A DNA stretch of 64,000 nt from Spirochaetota bacterium (GTDB lineage Bacteria > Spirochaetota > UBA4802 > UBA5550), in contig JBGSQT010000005.1 of assembly GCA_041737965.1 (NCBI GenBank), positions 30,272 to 94,271 on the forward strand. Direction: 5' to 3'. Below the pieces are notes generated by a model. That model searched no databases, was not told the DNA's origin, and was given only the letters and a program-made list of their open reading frames with translations. Below are positions 63,543-64,000 of the stretch, one piece after another. Position numbers and translations under genes: made by a program. Numbering within the stretch: the first letter of the stretch is position 1; each line of letters opens with the position of its first letter.

Positions 63543-63986
63543 TTAGAAAGAGAAACCCTGGGGGAGCCGGTCTTCCTTTGTACCATCCGGGACCCACGCG
63601 AGATCAAGGATCGTGTACGTGGGGTCCATTTTCCTGAAAATCGGCACCACCTTCAACCCTATCTCCGGATCACCCACCGCCAGATAGCTCATCAGGATGG
63701 TTACCGCACTTTCAAATTCGATATTGATGAATTTTATCGGCTTGTCAAGAAGACTGAAGGCGCCCGTACGCTCGCACACCATGAAGGTGTGAACACTGGC
63801 TTTCTTTTTTGCGATGTCGGTCAGATCAAACACCGAGTTTTTTGCGAGGCAGTCGGGGCAGTGAATCCTGAAGGGGATGTACACCGATCCTTTTGTCTCG
63901 CACTTCCCGTTGTCGCATCTGGTAGCAAGAAGCTTCCCCTGGCTCAGCGCCTCGAAGAAAGGGGCCTCCCCGCCGTAGGAATGCAT
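63543..63986 (-). CDS. Zn-ribbon OB-fold protein (DUF35 family, thiolase-associated)
   Basis: FFEALSQGKLLATRCDNGKCET...IHCPDCL zinc-ribbon followed by an OB-fold-like C-terminal half; 147 aa. Its usual partner (an SCP2-type thiolase) would lie beyond the right edge. Confidence 0.85.
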   Translation of the reverse strand: MHSYGGEAPFFEALSQGKLLATRCDNGKCETKGSVYIPFRIHCPDCLAKNSVFDLTDIAKKKASVHTFMVCERTGAFSLLDKPIKFINIEFESAVTILMSYLAVGDPEIGLKVVPIFRKMDPTYTILDLAWVPDGTKEDRLPQGFSF

Positions 63987-64000
63987 GTGCGTGAGGGTTC

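Noticed and set aside
1-64000. Window-wide look for CRISPR arrays, rRNA, tRNA, IS elements, integrases, toxin-antitoxin pairs or recognisable defence genes
   Set aside because: No regularly spaced short repeats, no rRNA/tRNA-like conserved blocks, and no transposase, recombinase, nuclease-ATPase or reverse-transcriptase motifs were seen in any ORF translation.

Overview
High-GC bacterial chromosomal segment, upper-50s % GC by eye. It is most likely from a spirochaete, because a Leptospira/Treponema-type FlaB flagellar core protein is present. I call about 55 protein-coding genes, mostly housekeeping: pyrB-pyrC, xseA-xseB, ileS-lspA, clpB, corA, rnhA, feoAB and an anaerobic class III ribonucleotide reductase (nrdD-nrdG). 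Lipid-metabolism genes include a thiolase, an acyl-CoA dehydrogenase, an enoyl-CoA hydratase and a DUF35 protein. There is also a TetR-headed flavin-oxidoreductase/dienoyl-CoA-reductase cluster, a HAMP/TSUP/MCP chemosensory operon, and many envelope proteins (AsmA-like, several beta-barrel OMPs, TPR giants, lipoproteins). I recognised no rRNA, tRNA, CRISPR array, transposase or integrase. Observations worth a second look: (1) nrdD stops before its glycyl-radical motif, which sits on a separate 54-codon ORF (absent from the track) with its own RBS, overlapping nrdG. (2) An internally deleted flagellin paralogue lies upstream of flaB. Both flagellin leaders carry a 6-bp-stem/6-nt-loop hairpin showing GGAG at the same distance from the SD, with different stem sequences, which resembles CsrA-type control. 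(3) A near-consensus sigma-28 promoter sits directly in front of an orphan 97-codon ORF. (4) A visibly low-GC island (about 40.2-43.9 kb) carries nickel SOD (sodN-sodX), a Fe-S protein and an orphan gene flanked by two 66-nt direct repeats of unknown nature. (5) A 31-codon, extremely basic ORF has its own promoter and RBS. All calls come from reading the sequence and the ORF translations by eye. No database search was run.
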